From the NCBI GenBank assembly GCA_965112735.1, contig OZ218959.1, positions 2,046,001 to 2,110,000 of the forward strand: a stretch of DNA of 64,000 bases. The letters run 5' to 3'. The position numbers and the translations under genes were made by a program. This document shows, piece by piece, positions 1 through 13,299 of this stretch. Below the pieces are notes generated by a model. It searched no databases. It was not told the DNA's origin and saw only the letters and a program-made list of their open reading frames with translations. Positions within the stretch are counted from its first letter, which is position 1. Every line of letters starts with the position of its first letter. Source of the DNA: Phaeosaccion multiseriatum. Its lineage: Eukaryota > Protista > Ochrophyta, other classes.

Positions 1-217
1 TCCCTCAGCGACAGAAAGGCGGCGAAGGAGAGATGGAGACATGCCGACAACCCTGCCACTTTCTCGGTCACGCCCCCCCCCCCCCCCCCCTTTCTCTCTC
101 CCTCTCTCGCTCTCTCTCCTTTGTCCCCTCTGACAGTTCGATCAAGCGGCCCCCCTTCGAGCTTGTACTAAATCCAATCCCTCGCACTGCTATTCAACCC
201 CCCGCCTCCAATTTCAG

Positions 218-1083
218 GTGCTCACACTGATCCCGGAGGCCCTTCTCGCGGCCACAGTCCCGACGGCGGAACCAAGCACAGCGGCAACTCGAGCGGTAAG
301 GACCTCGGCAGAAGCTTCCCTGGATCGCACAAGGGAAACTCCCCGCTCGGCTCGGGCTCCACCGGCGGCGGTGGCGGTAGCGGACATGCCCCGCACCACG
401 GAGGTCCGAACCCGGCCTCCTCCTCCTCCTCTTCCTCCTCCGCCGCCTCGCACAGCAGGACACGGAGAAGATCCTCGGGTGCTGCCTCCTCCGTTCATCA
501 GGTCAATCACGTCAGTGGTGAAGTCTCTGCCAAGCCCGCCGCGATAGAGCATCATCATCACCATCATTATCAGCAGCAGCAGCAGCAGCAGGAGCAGCAG
601 CAGGAGCAGCAGCATCAGCATCAGCAGCAGCAGCAGCAGCCGAGGAGACCGTCGATGGACAAGAAGTCCACAAGCAAATCAGGGCAAGGAGCAGGCCTGT
701 CTCGGGGGAGACAAGTAGAGCATCTCGCTTCAGCAGCAGGGGGTGGTAGTCATGTTAGTGATGGTGGTGGTAGTCATGTTAGTGATGGTGGTGGTGGTGG
801 CATTGGTGGTGGTGGTGATGGTGATGGTGGTGGTGGTGGAGCCCCTGAAAGAGTCGCGGCTCGCCCACTATCAGCAGTTGCGGGGCGGGCGACGGTTGCA
901 GATACAGGAGGGGGCGGAGCACCAACATGTGTAGCACCAACAGGCGTAGCACCAACAGGCATAGCAGCGACAGCAGTGTTGCCAATGAGAACGCCGCCAG
1001 CAGGAGGAGGAGCGGCGGCGGCGTTTGCGCTAGATATGGAGGACAGCGCCCTCCAAATGTTCCCGGGCGAGGAAGACGACTGA
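218..1083 (+). CDS. 3'-terminal exon of an upstream gene (low-complexity Ser/Gly/His/Gln-rich C-terminus), partial
   Basis: Pyrimidine tract and ttcag acceptor ending at 217. One frame stays open (GAHTDPGG...HHHHHHYQQQQ...MFPGEEDD) to TGA 1081-1083. No recognisable domain. Confidence 0.55.
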
Positions 1084-1511
1084 GCTGAGAGGAGCCCCAG
1101 GAAAGTGACATATACACGCACACACACACATGCACACACACATATACTGTAGTACACACATACACACGCACATATACAAGCAGACACACACATGCACACA
1201 CGCATATACTGTAGTACACACATACACACGCACGCTTGTACAGCAGCCATACGCCCCCCCGCCCCTCTTCCATGTCCGTAACGCGGATCCCTCCTGCCTC
1301 CATAGACTGTACACACTTGGAGTTTATATACTTTTGAATGGAAGTCTCGTTGCCTTTGTTCTCCGGGGCCGTTCGCCAGCTTTGCGGTGGATATGAGTGA
1401 GAATGTCCTGCACTTTTAACACGCCCTCTACATTAGTATGTCTTAATTGAAGCGAAAGACAATGCAAGTCATCTCCCTCCCTCCGTCCCTCCCTCCTTCC
1501 TTCCTTCCCTC

Positions 1512-4148
1512 CTACGAGGCCTGCAAAGTGGCCACCGCCGTCCGTAGCTTGCTGGCCGCAGATGCCACTGCCGGGTCCGTGTCGTCCATCCCCTTGAGCG
1601 CCAGAGCCATGAGGTCTTCTTTGTGAGGCATGAGAGCGAGATAAAGCTCTCCTCCTCCTCCTGCTGCCGCTGGCCCTCCCTCGTCCCCACCATGGCGTCT
1701 ATCTCCTCTCCTCGCCACCGCTAGAGCTGCCCCCATTGCCGCAGCTCGGACCTTGGAGTACTTCCCGTCTTTACTCCCTTCTAGCGCGGCGGCCAACACC
1801 CGATCCAGCACTCCGGCCGAAGAGGAGAGGAGCTCGCTCTCGCAGGAGTGGGTAGCCAGCACCTCAAGACACCCAAGCAGCTTCACCTTGACGCTCCACA
1901 CCTTGTGCTTGGTGGCACTCATGAGCGCCTTGGACAGCGGCGCGGCATTCTCCTTGTGAATATCCAGCACCGCCTGTATCGCCAACTGCCGCCGCTGCTG
2001 CTGTTCCCCCTCCTCCCCCACCCCGCCCCCCTCCTGTTCCATCATTATCCTAGGCCAAAGAGCCCCCATGCACACCACTGCTGCGCCTTCCCCAATCGGG
2101 TCATCCCCCGCCACTGACGGCTCCGACAAGCGCGCCATGCTCAGTAACACGGGCTGCACACACGCATACACCATGGGGCAGCTCTCGGGAAAGGCTTGCA
2201 ACAGCGTGCTCAGTTGCTCGGCCGCCGCTCTCCGAAACACGCGCTGAGGAAGGCTCGAGCGCTTCAATTGGCGGGCCAGGAGGAGCACAACATCGTCGAC
2301 AAGCATCACGGGTACCGCTGCCGGAGCACCAACATCCACACCACCCCCTGGGAGAGAGGCAGTGGTGCCTGAGCTTGCTTCGTGTTCGTCGTCCACAGCC
2401 ATGGCGTCGTCGCCGCCAACTGAGGTCTCCTCCTCCTCGCCACCCTCGACTCCAAGCTTGTCCTCATAGTGATACTTGCCTGCGTCTGCTGCTGCGGCGG
2501 CGGCTGCTGTGTCATTCCCACTGCTGCCACTCTCACCTGCCACACCAGCCGTAACGCCATTTTCCTCCGTGGCTCCTCTTGATGTATCATCATCATCATC
2601 ATCAGCTGCTGCTGCTGCTTCTTCTTCTGGTACTGCTCCACCGTCCACAACTTCGCGTGTTGGTTCTTCAGCCTCATCAGCCTCCACCTCCATGTCCCCC
2701 ACCTCCACCTCCTCGACCTCCGCGTCGGTCAAAGCCCCCACTCCTTGACGCGAAGAAGGGGCAACAACGAGCCACTCCGCCCCCTTGCACCCACAGCACA
2801 CCGCAGTAACCGCCGCAAGAACCTTCTCCTTGCCCTCCCACACCCGCCCCGGAACGATCTCCAGCAACTTGCGAAGAAGCTTTGGAGAATGAACGGCCCA
2901 ACCCTCCCTTCCCCGCTGCGGCCGCTTGTCGCTGCTCGACACCGAGGCAGGTGTGCTACCATTCCCTAGCGTGGTCGCGAGAGAGCTGATGGCGTCGCAG
3001 CCTTGCAGCCAAGTGGGCCTACTGCCACTACCGAGTGCGGATAGGATTTCTTGAGTCACGTCTGTTGTTGATGTTTATGTTGTGGTGGTGGTGGTTTGCG
3101 TGGGAACAGAGGGGGAGGGAGGAAGAGAGGAAGGAAGAAAGGAAAGAAAATAGGGTGGGGGACGGTTGAGATGAATAAGGAGACGGAGAGGGAAAGAGAG
3201 GCGGGAGAGAGAGAAGAGGAGATGGAAAATGGCAGTTTGGGAGAAAGGAGAACAGTGTCTTCACCTGTGGCACCCGCCTGGAGGCAAAGGAGTCAGTCAG
3301 TCAGTCAGTCAGTCAGTCAGTCAGTCAGCCACAGCCAAGGAGACGAGGAGGACGAGGACCAGGAGGAGGAGCAGGCCAGCAGGCCAGCAGACACTCGTGG
3401 GCCAGCAGGCAAGTAGACAAGCAGGCAGGCAGCAGGCAAGCCGTCACTCACCCGGAAGCATGAGCATGATGGCGTCTCCCGCAGACCTGACGTGCTCGAG
3501 CCCTGTGTCCACGGCCCCGAGCTGCAGCTGCGTAAGACCCTCCTCCCAAATGGCACCGAAGGAAGAGGCCACGGTGGAGTCAGAGTCGTGTCGAGCAAGC
3601 AGAGCCAAAGGGAGCACCTTAGACCAGCCTGTGTGTGCGCGTTATTGTTGTTGTTGTTGTTGTTGAGGAGCAGGAGGAGGAGGAGGAGGAAGAGCACAAC
3701 AGAATAAGTCCAGTACAGGGCAAACGGGCTGGGGAGAGGGGGGGAGACAGGCCGACAGTACCCACCGCAAGACAGAGTGACAATGGGCAGGGGAAGGAGG
3801 AACGCAAGCAGCCTCTAGACTACGAGTTTTGTGGAGTGTAAATGGAGTGAAAACAACAACCGCAAGGCCCACACTTGCTCGAATGGAATCATCTTCGGCA
3901 AGACACTTCCCCACATCCACCCCACCCACCTGCGTTACCCCAGGACTCCCCCCCCGACATGGCAGTGGCAGCTCGGCAGCAGAGGTCTTTGAGGAGCAGA
4001 GAAACAGTCCTGCGTTGAGTGTGGTCGAAGGCGGGGTCGCTATCTCGGAACAGGGCGGCGAGCTTCCAGCTCAGGCGCCGCACCTGGCAAAGGTTGTATA
4101 AGAGATAAGAGAGGGACAGAGAGAGGGAGGGAGGGAGGGAGGGGGGAG

Positions 4149-4186
<38 letters not shown>

Positions 4187-7100
4187 AAAAGAGAGGGGAG
4201 ATAAAGGGAGAGAGATACGCGCGGAAGGAGAGCGAGAAAGAGAGAGAGAGAGGTCGCATGAGAGGTCGGAGTATCATTCGTATCATGAAGTGGTTGAGAG
4301 AGAAGAGCATCGCCCCTCTGCCTAGGTGTGGCAGTTCAGTCGAGTGGCAAGCGGCTGGAGCAGTAGCCGCAGCAGCAGGAGGTTGGGGGGGGGTGACCTC
4401 TTGTCCAAACAAGACAGAGAGACGTACACTGCGTGCGCGAACAACCAACGCGCCACCCAACCCACTGTCCTGACACCCACCCACTGTCCTGACACCCATC
4501 CACCCCATGTCCTGACACCCACCCACCTGAGCCTGAGGGGCCAGCTTGGCCACCGTAGCGAGAGCAGAGGAGTACGTCTTCCTCAGCGTGCTGCTGCGCT
4601 CCGACAGAGCCGCGTTGGTGATGGTCGGTAGCAGGCGAACACTCGACTCGGAGACCTGCACCGGGGCCTTCTCGCACAGGGCCAAGACGAGGTAGGCAGA
4701 GCCCGACCTTGTGGCAAGACCCACCCCACCCCGAAGGAGGGCCATAAGCTTAGGCATCAGTTCGGTCACCGCACGGCCCTGGTCCTGTCCGTTGAGGTGC
4801 TTGTAGCAGCCGTCGAGGGCGTCTTGTAGGGGGCCGGCGCGAGAGAGCGAAAGACGGAGGCGCTCCATTTGCTCCTGCGACATGTCCATCCGACTCTCTG
4901 CGTGGAACTGGAGGTAGCTCAGTGCCTGCGGTTCGAGGGCGCTGAGGCCCTCAATGAGGGTGGCGATGAGGTCGGCAAGGTGGTCTCTGAGAGCGGTACC
5001 GCTTGCCACTTTGACCAGCCGCTGCAGCATGACGAGGGAGATGGCGTGGCTGGTCTTACAGCGACTCATGAGGCCCTTCTGCAGCAGCCAGGGCAGCACC
5101 ACAGACACCGCCTCAGTAGCGTCTCTCTCTGCCTGCTCGGCCTTGCCCTGCCTCTCCGCAGCCAAGAGCGCCTCCGTGTCCGCCGACAACAAAACTGCAC
5201 CCGATGGATCCTGACTGCTGCTGCTGCTGCTGCTGCCGCTGGCCATCCAAGCACCTCCACCCCCACCCCTGCTGGATGATCCTCCTGCTCCTGCTCCTCC
5301 TCCTCCTCCTCCTCCTCCTCCTCCTCCTCGGTTCCTCTCCTTCTCCTCCTTCTCCTCCGCCTGCGCATCGCAAAGCCTCGCGGTGGCGTTAGACAAGGCC
5401 TTGGCGAAGTCCGCCGCCGCTGCCACCACGCTCTCCTTAATATCATCCAGTGCTCTGTCCAGCATCGTCCACAACCTCTCCATGTAAGGGCCAAGCTCTG
5501 CCCACCCCTGACCCCGCACCAAGTCCGCCAGCGCGAGACACGATCCCTGTCGCTCTCGCCACTTGCGGTCAATCACAGCGACGAGAAGGGCCTCCATTAT
5601 GGGGGCGAAATACCTCCGCACAAAAGCAGCCTGAGACTGTGACGTACTCACACTCACACCTTCCCCTCCCCCTGTGGCGGCTGCTGCTGCTGAGGCTGCT
5701 GTCTCCACCCCTGTCCCTCCTTCACCTGCTGCACCTTCACCTGCACCTGCACCAAGAGCGACCACTTCGAGCCACAGCTTCTCCATGGCGGCTCTGGTCT
5801 TGCTGCTCGGGTCGAAGCGGTAGCGATACAGCCGCGGCACGAGCTGCTTCAAGTGGGGCGCCATGGCCTCCGCAGACAAAGTGCCCATAATCGCGCTGAG
5901 GCCAAAGCTCGCTCCTCGCCGAGTGGTCCAAGCCGCATGACTGCTCGCCAAAGAGAGGAAGGAGTAAATGAGGTCAGGTCGGCCGGCGTCCGTCGCTACT
6001 GCACACATCTCCCCGTAGGCTTCCACCCCCGCCTCCGACAAGGCGGCAGAGGCCGGGCCCGACCCGCTCGCTGGGCCCACAATATCCACCCCGGCTGTTG
6101 CGGGGCGATTCCCACGCTTGCCGGAGTTGATTGTGCTCACTAACGAGTCCACAAGGTGCTGCTTTGTCGTGGCGTCGGAGGCCGCCTCGTACACCAACGC
6201 GAGGCCTTTGCCAGCGGCCTCTTGCACGAACTCGGAGCGCACGGTAAGCTGTCGCATGAAGGCCGCTTGCAGGTTCAACAGCCAGGGCTGTATCATCACG
6301 GACAGTGACGGGGTGTGGTGAGGGTGCTGCTCCGGCCCCTCCTCCTCCTTCCCCTTGGCCTCGGCCTTGGGGCTAGGCGTGGGGCTGGAGCAGCCCGAGA
6401 CGAGGCAGAGCAGAAACACCGTGGCGGCCCCTGACACGAGGGGGGAGTGGTCCTCGAGCAGTACGTACACGAGTTGATGCAACACATACTCCATCGCGTC
6501 CACCGTCGCCACAGTGGCATCAGTGGTAGGGGTGGATACGGCAGCAGTTGGTGATACAGCAGCAGTAGCGTCCGCGTCGGCGGCGGTGGCGGCGGAAAGA
6601 GCCTCTGCCCCTGCTGCTGCGCCATCGTCACTGGCGCCCGTCCCATTGCTCGCCTCTTGCTTCTCCTCCTGATCACGCTGCAAGGTCTTCACTGCGGGTA
6701 CCTTCTCAAGTTTGGCAGCGTGGGCCGCCGAGACTCTGAGGCTGCCTGTCCGGCTCACCTCTGCCAGGGCCTCCCCCATGGCCAGCTGCAGCTCCTCGTG
6801 CTTAGACACCTTGCCGGCCATTCCCAGCAGGACGCCCAGTGCCTTCCGCCTCAGCCTGGAGCTCCCCTCGAGGAGGGCGGTGCTTTCGCTCGCCTCTGTG
6901 CCACCACCACCACCACCACCACCACCACCACCACCACCACCACCACCACTGCTGCTGCTGCTGCTTGCACTGCTGTGTACGCACAAGCCCACGCAGGCCA
7001 GGCCCGCGGCCTCTATGGCGGCTTCGCAGCGCCGCGTAGCGTCCGTCGTCTCTCCCAACTGACACGACGCGAGGATCCTTCCGAGAACGGTCGGTGCGTC

Positions 7101-10100
7101 CACCAACTGCGCCAGGGGAGCAACTCGACTCACCCTCGCCACCGCCGCGCAGGCAGCGAGGTGGAGTAGAGAGAGAGGGTGACCAATGCAGGAGCAAACC
7201 GTGTCAAGGGCCCTCGGAAGCAGGTCCGGGCTACACAGAGTCTGCCATTGGTCTACTTGGGTCAGGGACACCCCAACTTCAATCCCCTTGGAAAGAGAAG
7301 GCCCCGTTCCGGAACCCTCTTGTTGCAGACTCCGACTCCACGTGTTGGTCGCCTGCTTGCTCACTATGCCCCCCACGGCCGCAATAGCTCCGTGCGCACT
7401 CGCGAGAGCCCGGTTCGAGGGTGGCTGCTGTACCACCAACTCCTCTCCTCCCGGCTGCGGCTGCGGCTGTTGCACCGCCTCGACCTTGATGCGCAGATTC
7501 CTCAGCAGCGGCACAAGCTGTTCGTCCCGGCTCATGCTCACACTCACGCATCCCACAATCTCGGCAAAGTCCTCCCTGATATCCGTGCTGCTCTCATGGG
7601 CAAGCCAACGCTGCAGCCACGCTCCCTTGCCGGCCAACTCAGAGGCCGCACCCACGGGAGAGGGCACGCCCTCATCATGTGCCAGGAGCTGCTTCATACA
7701 GTGGGCAGCAGCTCGGTGAAGCTGCAGCATCTCAGCGAGGCCGTGGCTGCTGTCAGTCGCAGAGGGCGCCGCCTCCAAGGCCGCCCAGAGCTTCTTCCAA
7801 TAAACCTCGAGAGAGTACTTTCGGTCCTCAGCCTCTTCTTCATCCTCCTCCTCACTACCATTCTCAGCTCCCTCCTTCTCCTCCTCTTCCCCCGTTTCTT
7901 CCCTTCTCGTCTCACTCGTTCCTGTGACTCTCACATCGGTCATATCAGCATCATCCTCCTCATCATCATCCTCCTCTTCCCCCTTTTTCCTCTTCCTCTG
8001 CTGCTCTCCACTGCTTCTAGCACTCTCGTGGCTACCCACGTTGCACCGATGGAGTGTCGTTGCCTTCTCCTTCGTCCTTCTCCTCCTCCGCTCCCCGTCC
8101 CCCACCAAACACTTCATCGCAAACGCCAAGGCTCGTGCCAGCGCCACCGGCCTCAGGGGGCGGCTCCCCGGTCCTAGCACCGTATTGACAAAGGCCGAAA
8201 ACAGGCACGTATCGGTAGCAGCATCACCACCATCTTTTCCACCCTCTCGACCGGTTGATGCCGATGCGGCTACTGCCGCTGCTGCTGCTGCCACCGCCCG
8301 AAGTTCGTCCCCTCCGCCGGGCTCTAGCCCCCGTGTGGCCGCACCCCTCACTGCCGTTACTCCATCATCACTGAGAGACACACACAGATGTCGGGCTCCC
8401 ACGTCCGAGAAGGGAAAGAGACTGCACACCCACTCCACCGCCACGAGCCTTGCTCTGTGCTCTGGGGAGGCGGCAGCCGTCCATGTGAGCTGCCGAAGCT
8501 CCTCGATCAGCTCTGGGGAGGCTACCTCCGCTTCCTGGCCCGAGCTCACTACTGCTGCTGCTGTTACTGCTGCTGCTGCTGCCTTGCCCTTGCGGGAGGA
8601 GACGCGCGTCGCCCGAAGGACCAAAGGAGCGTACGCCTTTCTCAGTTGGCCTGCGGAAGGTCGAAGGGGAACCAGACACAGGGACAAACAGACAGATCGG
8701 CAGACGGTGGGCAGCCAATGGCAAAGTTTATATCGATGCCCTCTTGAGCCTTCTTCCAATTGAGAACGGAGCACTAACAGCATACCATGGGATCAGGGTA
8801 CACACGCGCACACATACATACCCACACATACACGCACACACACACACGCACACACGCACACACACACACACACGTACCGAGAGCAGCGGAAACCTTGACG
8901 CGCAGGCCGGCCTCTGCTGTGGATGGGTCTGATGAGCACACCTGGGACATCAAGGAAAGATGCAGAGCAGTGCATCATATAACAAGGATGGCAGCACATT
9001 AGGCATCGCCCGAGAAGGGTGGGGAGGGGTGGGGGGCAGAGTGGAGCAGAGCAGGAGCGTTGTAAGTGTCCTATGAGCAACGCGGATTGGTCCCTCATCC
9101 CCTCCGCGAGAAGATATAATGGACAATGAACAGCCCGACCCGGTGGGCGGGTCAGCAGCTCTCCTCCAACCCCCTTCCCTCCCCACCCGACCCCAACCCC
9201 CTTCCCTTCGAAACACCGATCATCATATCATCATACGGAGTAAGAAGGGGCTATACGAAGGGGACAGACAATCATAGGAGACGACACGCAAGGCATGCTG
9301 TACGCATGGGAGAATGCAAGCATGGGACGGGGTGGGTATGTATATACCTCAGCGAAGAGAAGTCGAGCGATGGCCGTATCCGAAGAGAAGAGTGAGGGCT
9401 GCCGCAGAGCCAGCGACGAGAGCGTTTCGTAGCACATCTCCTGCACATACAAGTTGATCGTTCGTACAACGGGTTTGGTGTTGGGAGGCGTTGGTTAGTG
9501 GGGCAGAGAGTGCATGAGGTGCCAGGCAGATGGAGACCAGAGAGGTTAGATTGTTACGATGAGGGCGTATGGGCAGCCAGATGGACGGGTACAGGCAGAC
9601 AGACAGACAGACAGGTAGACAGACAGACAGACTGACTGACTGACTAACTAACAGACAGACAGACAGACAGACAGACAGGCAGACAGGCAGGCAGACGGAC
9701 AAGCCAGACAGACAGGTAGACCGACAGGCACAGAGAGAGGGAGAGATCAGACAGGAAGACAGGCAAAGGCACAGACACAGACACGTCCCGAGCAGCGCCA
9801 CCTGGCCTTCCACCCTCCCATCTCCCCGCTACGTACCAGCGTGGTGGCTCTCTGCGTGAGGTGATGCAAGGTGAGTCCTGCCGTAGCGCCTGTGGACACA
9901 TCCCCCCCCTGCCCTGCCCCCGCCCCCCCTGCCCCCACCCCGCCCCCCTGCACCCCACCCAATACACCTAAGATGGACTCTCCCCGTGAGTGTTTCTCGA
10001 GCACTTTTTGGACGGCCTGTAGTAAGAGGGGCCCAATCATAACCAAGCTCGGAGTGAGGGCGACCCTCGCAGCCAAGAAAGCTGCTACAGTGGCTCCCAT

Positions 10101-11786
10101 GGCCCGGAGTCGCGAGAAATTGGCCTTGTCTGCCAGAGCCAGGGGTGCGTCCCCGGGACTCAAAAGGGCGTAAAAGACCACTCGAATCCCTTCCGAAACA
10201 GTGGCTGTGGCTGCCATTCCCGAGCCGCACTCTACCACCAGCCACTTGAGAATGCGCACCGCTTGCAAGGCGGAAGCCGGCGTTCTCCTCGCATCTGCTG
10301 CCGCTGAGGTAGGCGGTGCCCCGGAAGCCGCCGGCTGCTGCTGCTGCTGCTGCCCGAGCACGAGGGTGAGAAGGTCCTTAGCCAACCCCGCGTCCCCCAC
10401 AAGTTTTCCCTCTCTGTCGGTTGAGGCAAGGGCTTTGAGGTAGTCGTCGGCCTTGGCGATCACTTCGTGATGAGTGTCGCAGCTCAGGGCCAGAGCCACT
10501 TGCACCCTGTGTCAGACACGGTCACAGAGGAAGGGTCAGATAGACAGACAGACAGACGCCGAGACGGACAAAACAGACATGTAAGACAAGAGACAGAAAA
10601 GACAAGGCATACACAAAAGACAAGACAGACAGAAGCGCAAAGACGCACGCACGCACGAACACAAAAAGTAGGACATACGTACACTCACGTGCCTGAAACA
10701 TAAGCACACATCTCGAGCCGCCAAAGGCGAATGAGCTATGAAACATCACCCTTCCCACTCCCCTACCGCCGAAAGGAAGAAGAGGGGCAGCGCAAGTTGT
10801 ACCAAGGCAGGGCGGGTATGCTCTCTGAAGTGCCCTCTCTGTTTCCCTATTGCTGCAGGCTGCTTGATTGCCTGGTGGCCTTGTTCCTGCCCTTGCCCTG
10901 GCCCTTACTCTTGCTCTTACCCTCACCTATCTCTCGCCAGGGGCAGCAGCAGATTCCCGTCCTTCCCTCCCGCCTTGAGTACTCGCAGCGCCTGCATCTT
11001 GCGCGTGGTGAGAAGCTCCCTCGGCCACTCCTTCTCCCGCAGAGTCAGGCGAGCCACGGAGGCCCTCGAGAGGGCGTGATAGGTGGCTCCTTCCCGAGTG
11101 AGCACACCGGGGAAGAGCGCGAGGTCCAGTAGGAAGGTACGCACCTCCGCGGCGTCAGTCGGAGAGAGAGGAAGAATAGGCGCCTCCTCCGCCTCGGAGG
11201 ACGACAACTCCGGCCCCTCTTGCTGCGTCTTGCCAGCGTTGCTGTGCTCCGCTGCTGGAGACGGGATGGCGCCACTACCGCCGCTGCTGCTGCCACTCAG
11301 ACGTTGTCGAGAGGCTGCTGCACTACCGCTCTTGGTAGCAGGAGCAGCCATGGTACTCAAAGGTCCCAGCGCCTTGAGCATGAGGTTGAACACCACGTTC
11401 TGCTGCTGAGAGAGCCTCGGCATGTCACCCACCCCCCTCAACAAACTCAACACAAGCCTCCCTTGTACGTCGGCTTCCTCCCGTGGAAGACCCATCTCCA
11501 GATACACCAGTGCAAAGTTTTGCGTAAAGCTCCCATTGGCCGCTGCGCGCAGCACCTCCACGAGCCTCAGACAAGGAAGGCGAATGTGCGGCGCGGAGCG
11601 AATGCGCTTGCTAATGTGACTCAAGACCTCGACCAGCTTTGCCCTCACGGCCGGGTCTGTGGTGACCAGATTCCCCACCAGAAGCGGCAGCAGCTTGTCG
11701 AGCACACCGCCCAGACGCTCTTCGGTGGTCATAGCCAGACGGTCCAATACGCGGGTCACTGCCGCGACGTCCAAGGTTGACGCCAT
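1512..11786 (-). CDS. ECM29: Proteasome adapter/scaffold protein ECM29 (HEAT repeats), about 8 exons
   Basis: Ecm29-type motifs: RVLDRLAMTTEERLGGVLDKLLP...VRAKLVEVLSHISKRIRS...SFTQNFALVYLEMG, WTTRRGASFG, LVPRLYRYRFDP, KWRERQGSCLALADL, RALDDIKESV, GGVGLATR. Frame-consistent exons approx 11786-10927, 10506-9837, 9440-9348, 8941-8877, 8650-4527, 4083-~3930, 3628-3452, 3062-1512. Confidence 0.92.
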
Positions 11787-12272
11787 GGCGGCAAATGTCT
11801 CCCTCCACCCTTTTTTCTCTTGCTGCGCGCTTTCTCCCACCCACAGCTCCTGAAAATCCTGCTGCTGCTACTACTGCTGATGCTGCTACTGCTGCTGTTT
11901 ATTCTACTCAAGCTGTCTGCTTCATTGTGTAGCTTTTTTCTTTTTTCGTGTTTGTTCTCCGGAACCCTCTTGTCCTTGGCCGGTTTCTGTGAATTTACCA
12001 CCACCACGTGCACGTGCCCATGTCAATGAGGCGGGAAACTCAAGTCATTCCATGCCATCACTATTGCATTGCTTGTTGCTTTTTTTTGCTATGAATGGCA
12101 AGGGTGGGGGGTGTTTGTAAGTGGGTTGGTTTGGATAGGTGGGAGTGTGTGTGTGTGGGTGGGTGTGTATGGGTGGTGTGTGGGTGTGTGTGAGAGGGTG
12201 TGTGTGAGCGTGGTACGACTACGTCTCAGAGAGGTGAAATCACCGCCGGATAAGACTCAGAAAGGAAATGGA

Positions 12273-12437
12273 ATCCCTCCCTCCCTCCCTCCCTCCCTCC
12301 CTCCCTCCCTCCCTCCCTCCCTCCCTCCCTCCCTCCCTCCCTCCCTCCCTCCCTCCCTCCCTCCCTCCCTCCCTCCCTCCCTCCCTCCCTCCCTCCCTCC
12401 CTCCCTTCCTTCCTCCCTCCCTCCCTCCCTCCCCCCC
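12273..12437. repeat. (CCCT)n / (AGGG)n tetranucleotide microsatellite
   Basis: About 40 near-perfect units in the divergent ECM29-GALE intergenic region. Confidence 0.95.
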
Positions 12438-12571
12438 CCCTCCTCCCTCCCTCCCTCAAGGGTCAGAGTTCTTATGGGGACGAGCGGTACCACAACAGGG
12501 AGAACAAGTACGGCTGCAGCCAGTATCTCACTAAGAACGCAGCTGGGCTGCGATACGCAACAACGGTGAAC

Positions 12572-12603
<32 letters not shown>

Positions 12604-12902
12604 AGGAGGGAGAAAGAGAGAGGGAGGATGAAGAGCGGGATGGAGGAGCTCATAGCAATAGCAGGTGAGGCAGAGCGGGAAAGCTATCTTGAAGCTGCCT
12701 TAGAGAAAGGAGCTAGTGATGAAGGCAGACCGTGACGACACTCGATTTGGCTGTCTTGGCGGTGGTGTGTGTCAGCCCGCACCATGACGCGAGGCCTATT
12801 CAACACCGAGCAAATGGAGGCGATGCGAGCTGCCAGGCATCATCAAACTCAAGTGCATAGTGAGAAGGGGTGGGAAAGGGGAGAGGCCGGGAGAGGAAGC
12901 AA

Positions 12903-12933
<31 letters not shown>

Positions 12934-13299
12934 TGCGTGCGTGGCGTGCGTGCGTGGCGTGCGTTCGTACCCCCCTCTCGCTCATTTCATCCACCTCTCT
13001 GCTCCTCCATTTCATGTACTACACTCTCCTGGCAGTCTCAGCTGTGTTTTGTTTCAAAGCTGACGCGTTTCGAGATCTCTCGCAAGTTGTCCCTCTCACA
13101 GAAGCATTTCAGTTTCAGCTTATTCGTCCGTCTCTGGCAACGTTACCATTTTCCATTCACACCCCACAGTGAAGAAGACGCATCACCCACCAATACAAGA
13201 CCGCCTTGTCGACGTAAGGTGGGGAGTACCGAACTGGTGCACTTCAGGAGGCCAACTGCCTACCTGGGAAGTGAAATCTTAAAATCTTCCTTGGCGAGG

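Noticed and set aside
12069-12569. PPSL/GREG repeat ORFs
   Set aside because: Translation of the (CCCT)n microsatellite, with no coding signature.
12769-13299. Long N-terminal extension of the GALE ORF in the track
   Set aside because: It starts at a non-ATG codon and crosses a (GTGC)n repeat. ATG 13300 is more plausible, although upstream UTR exons cannot be excluded.
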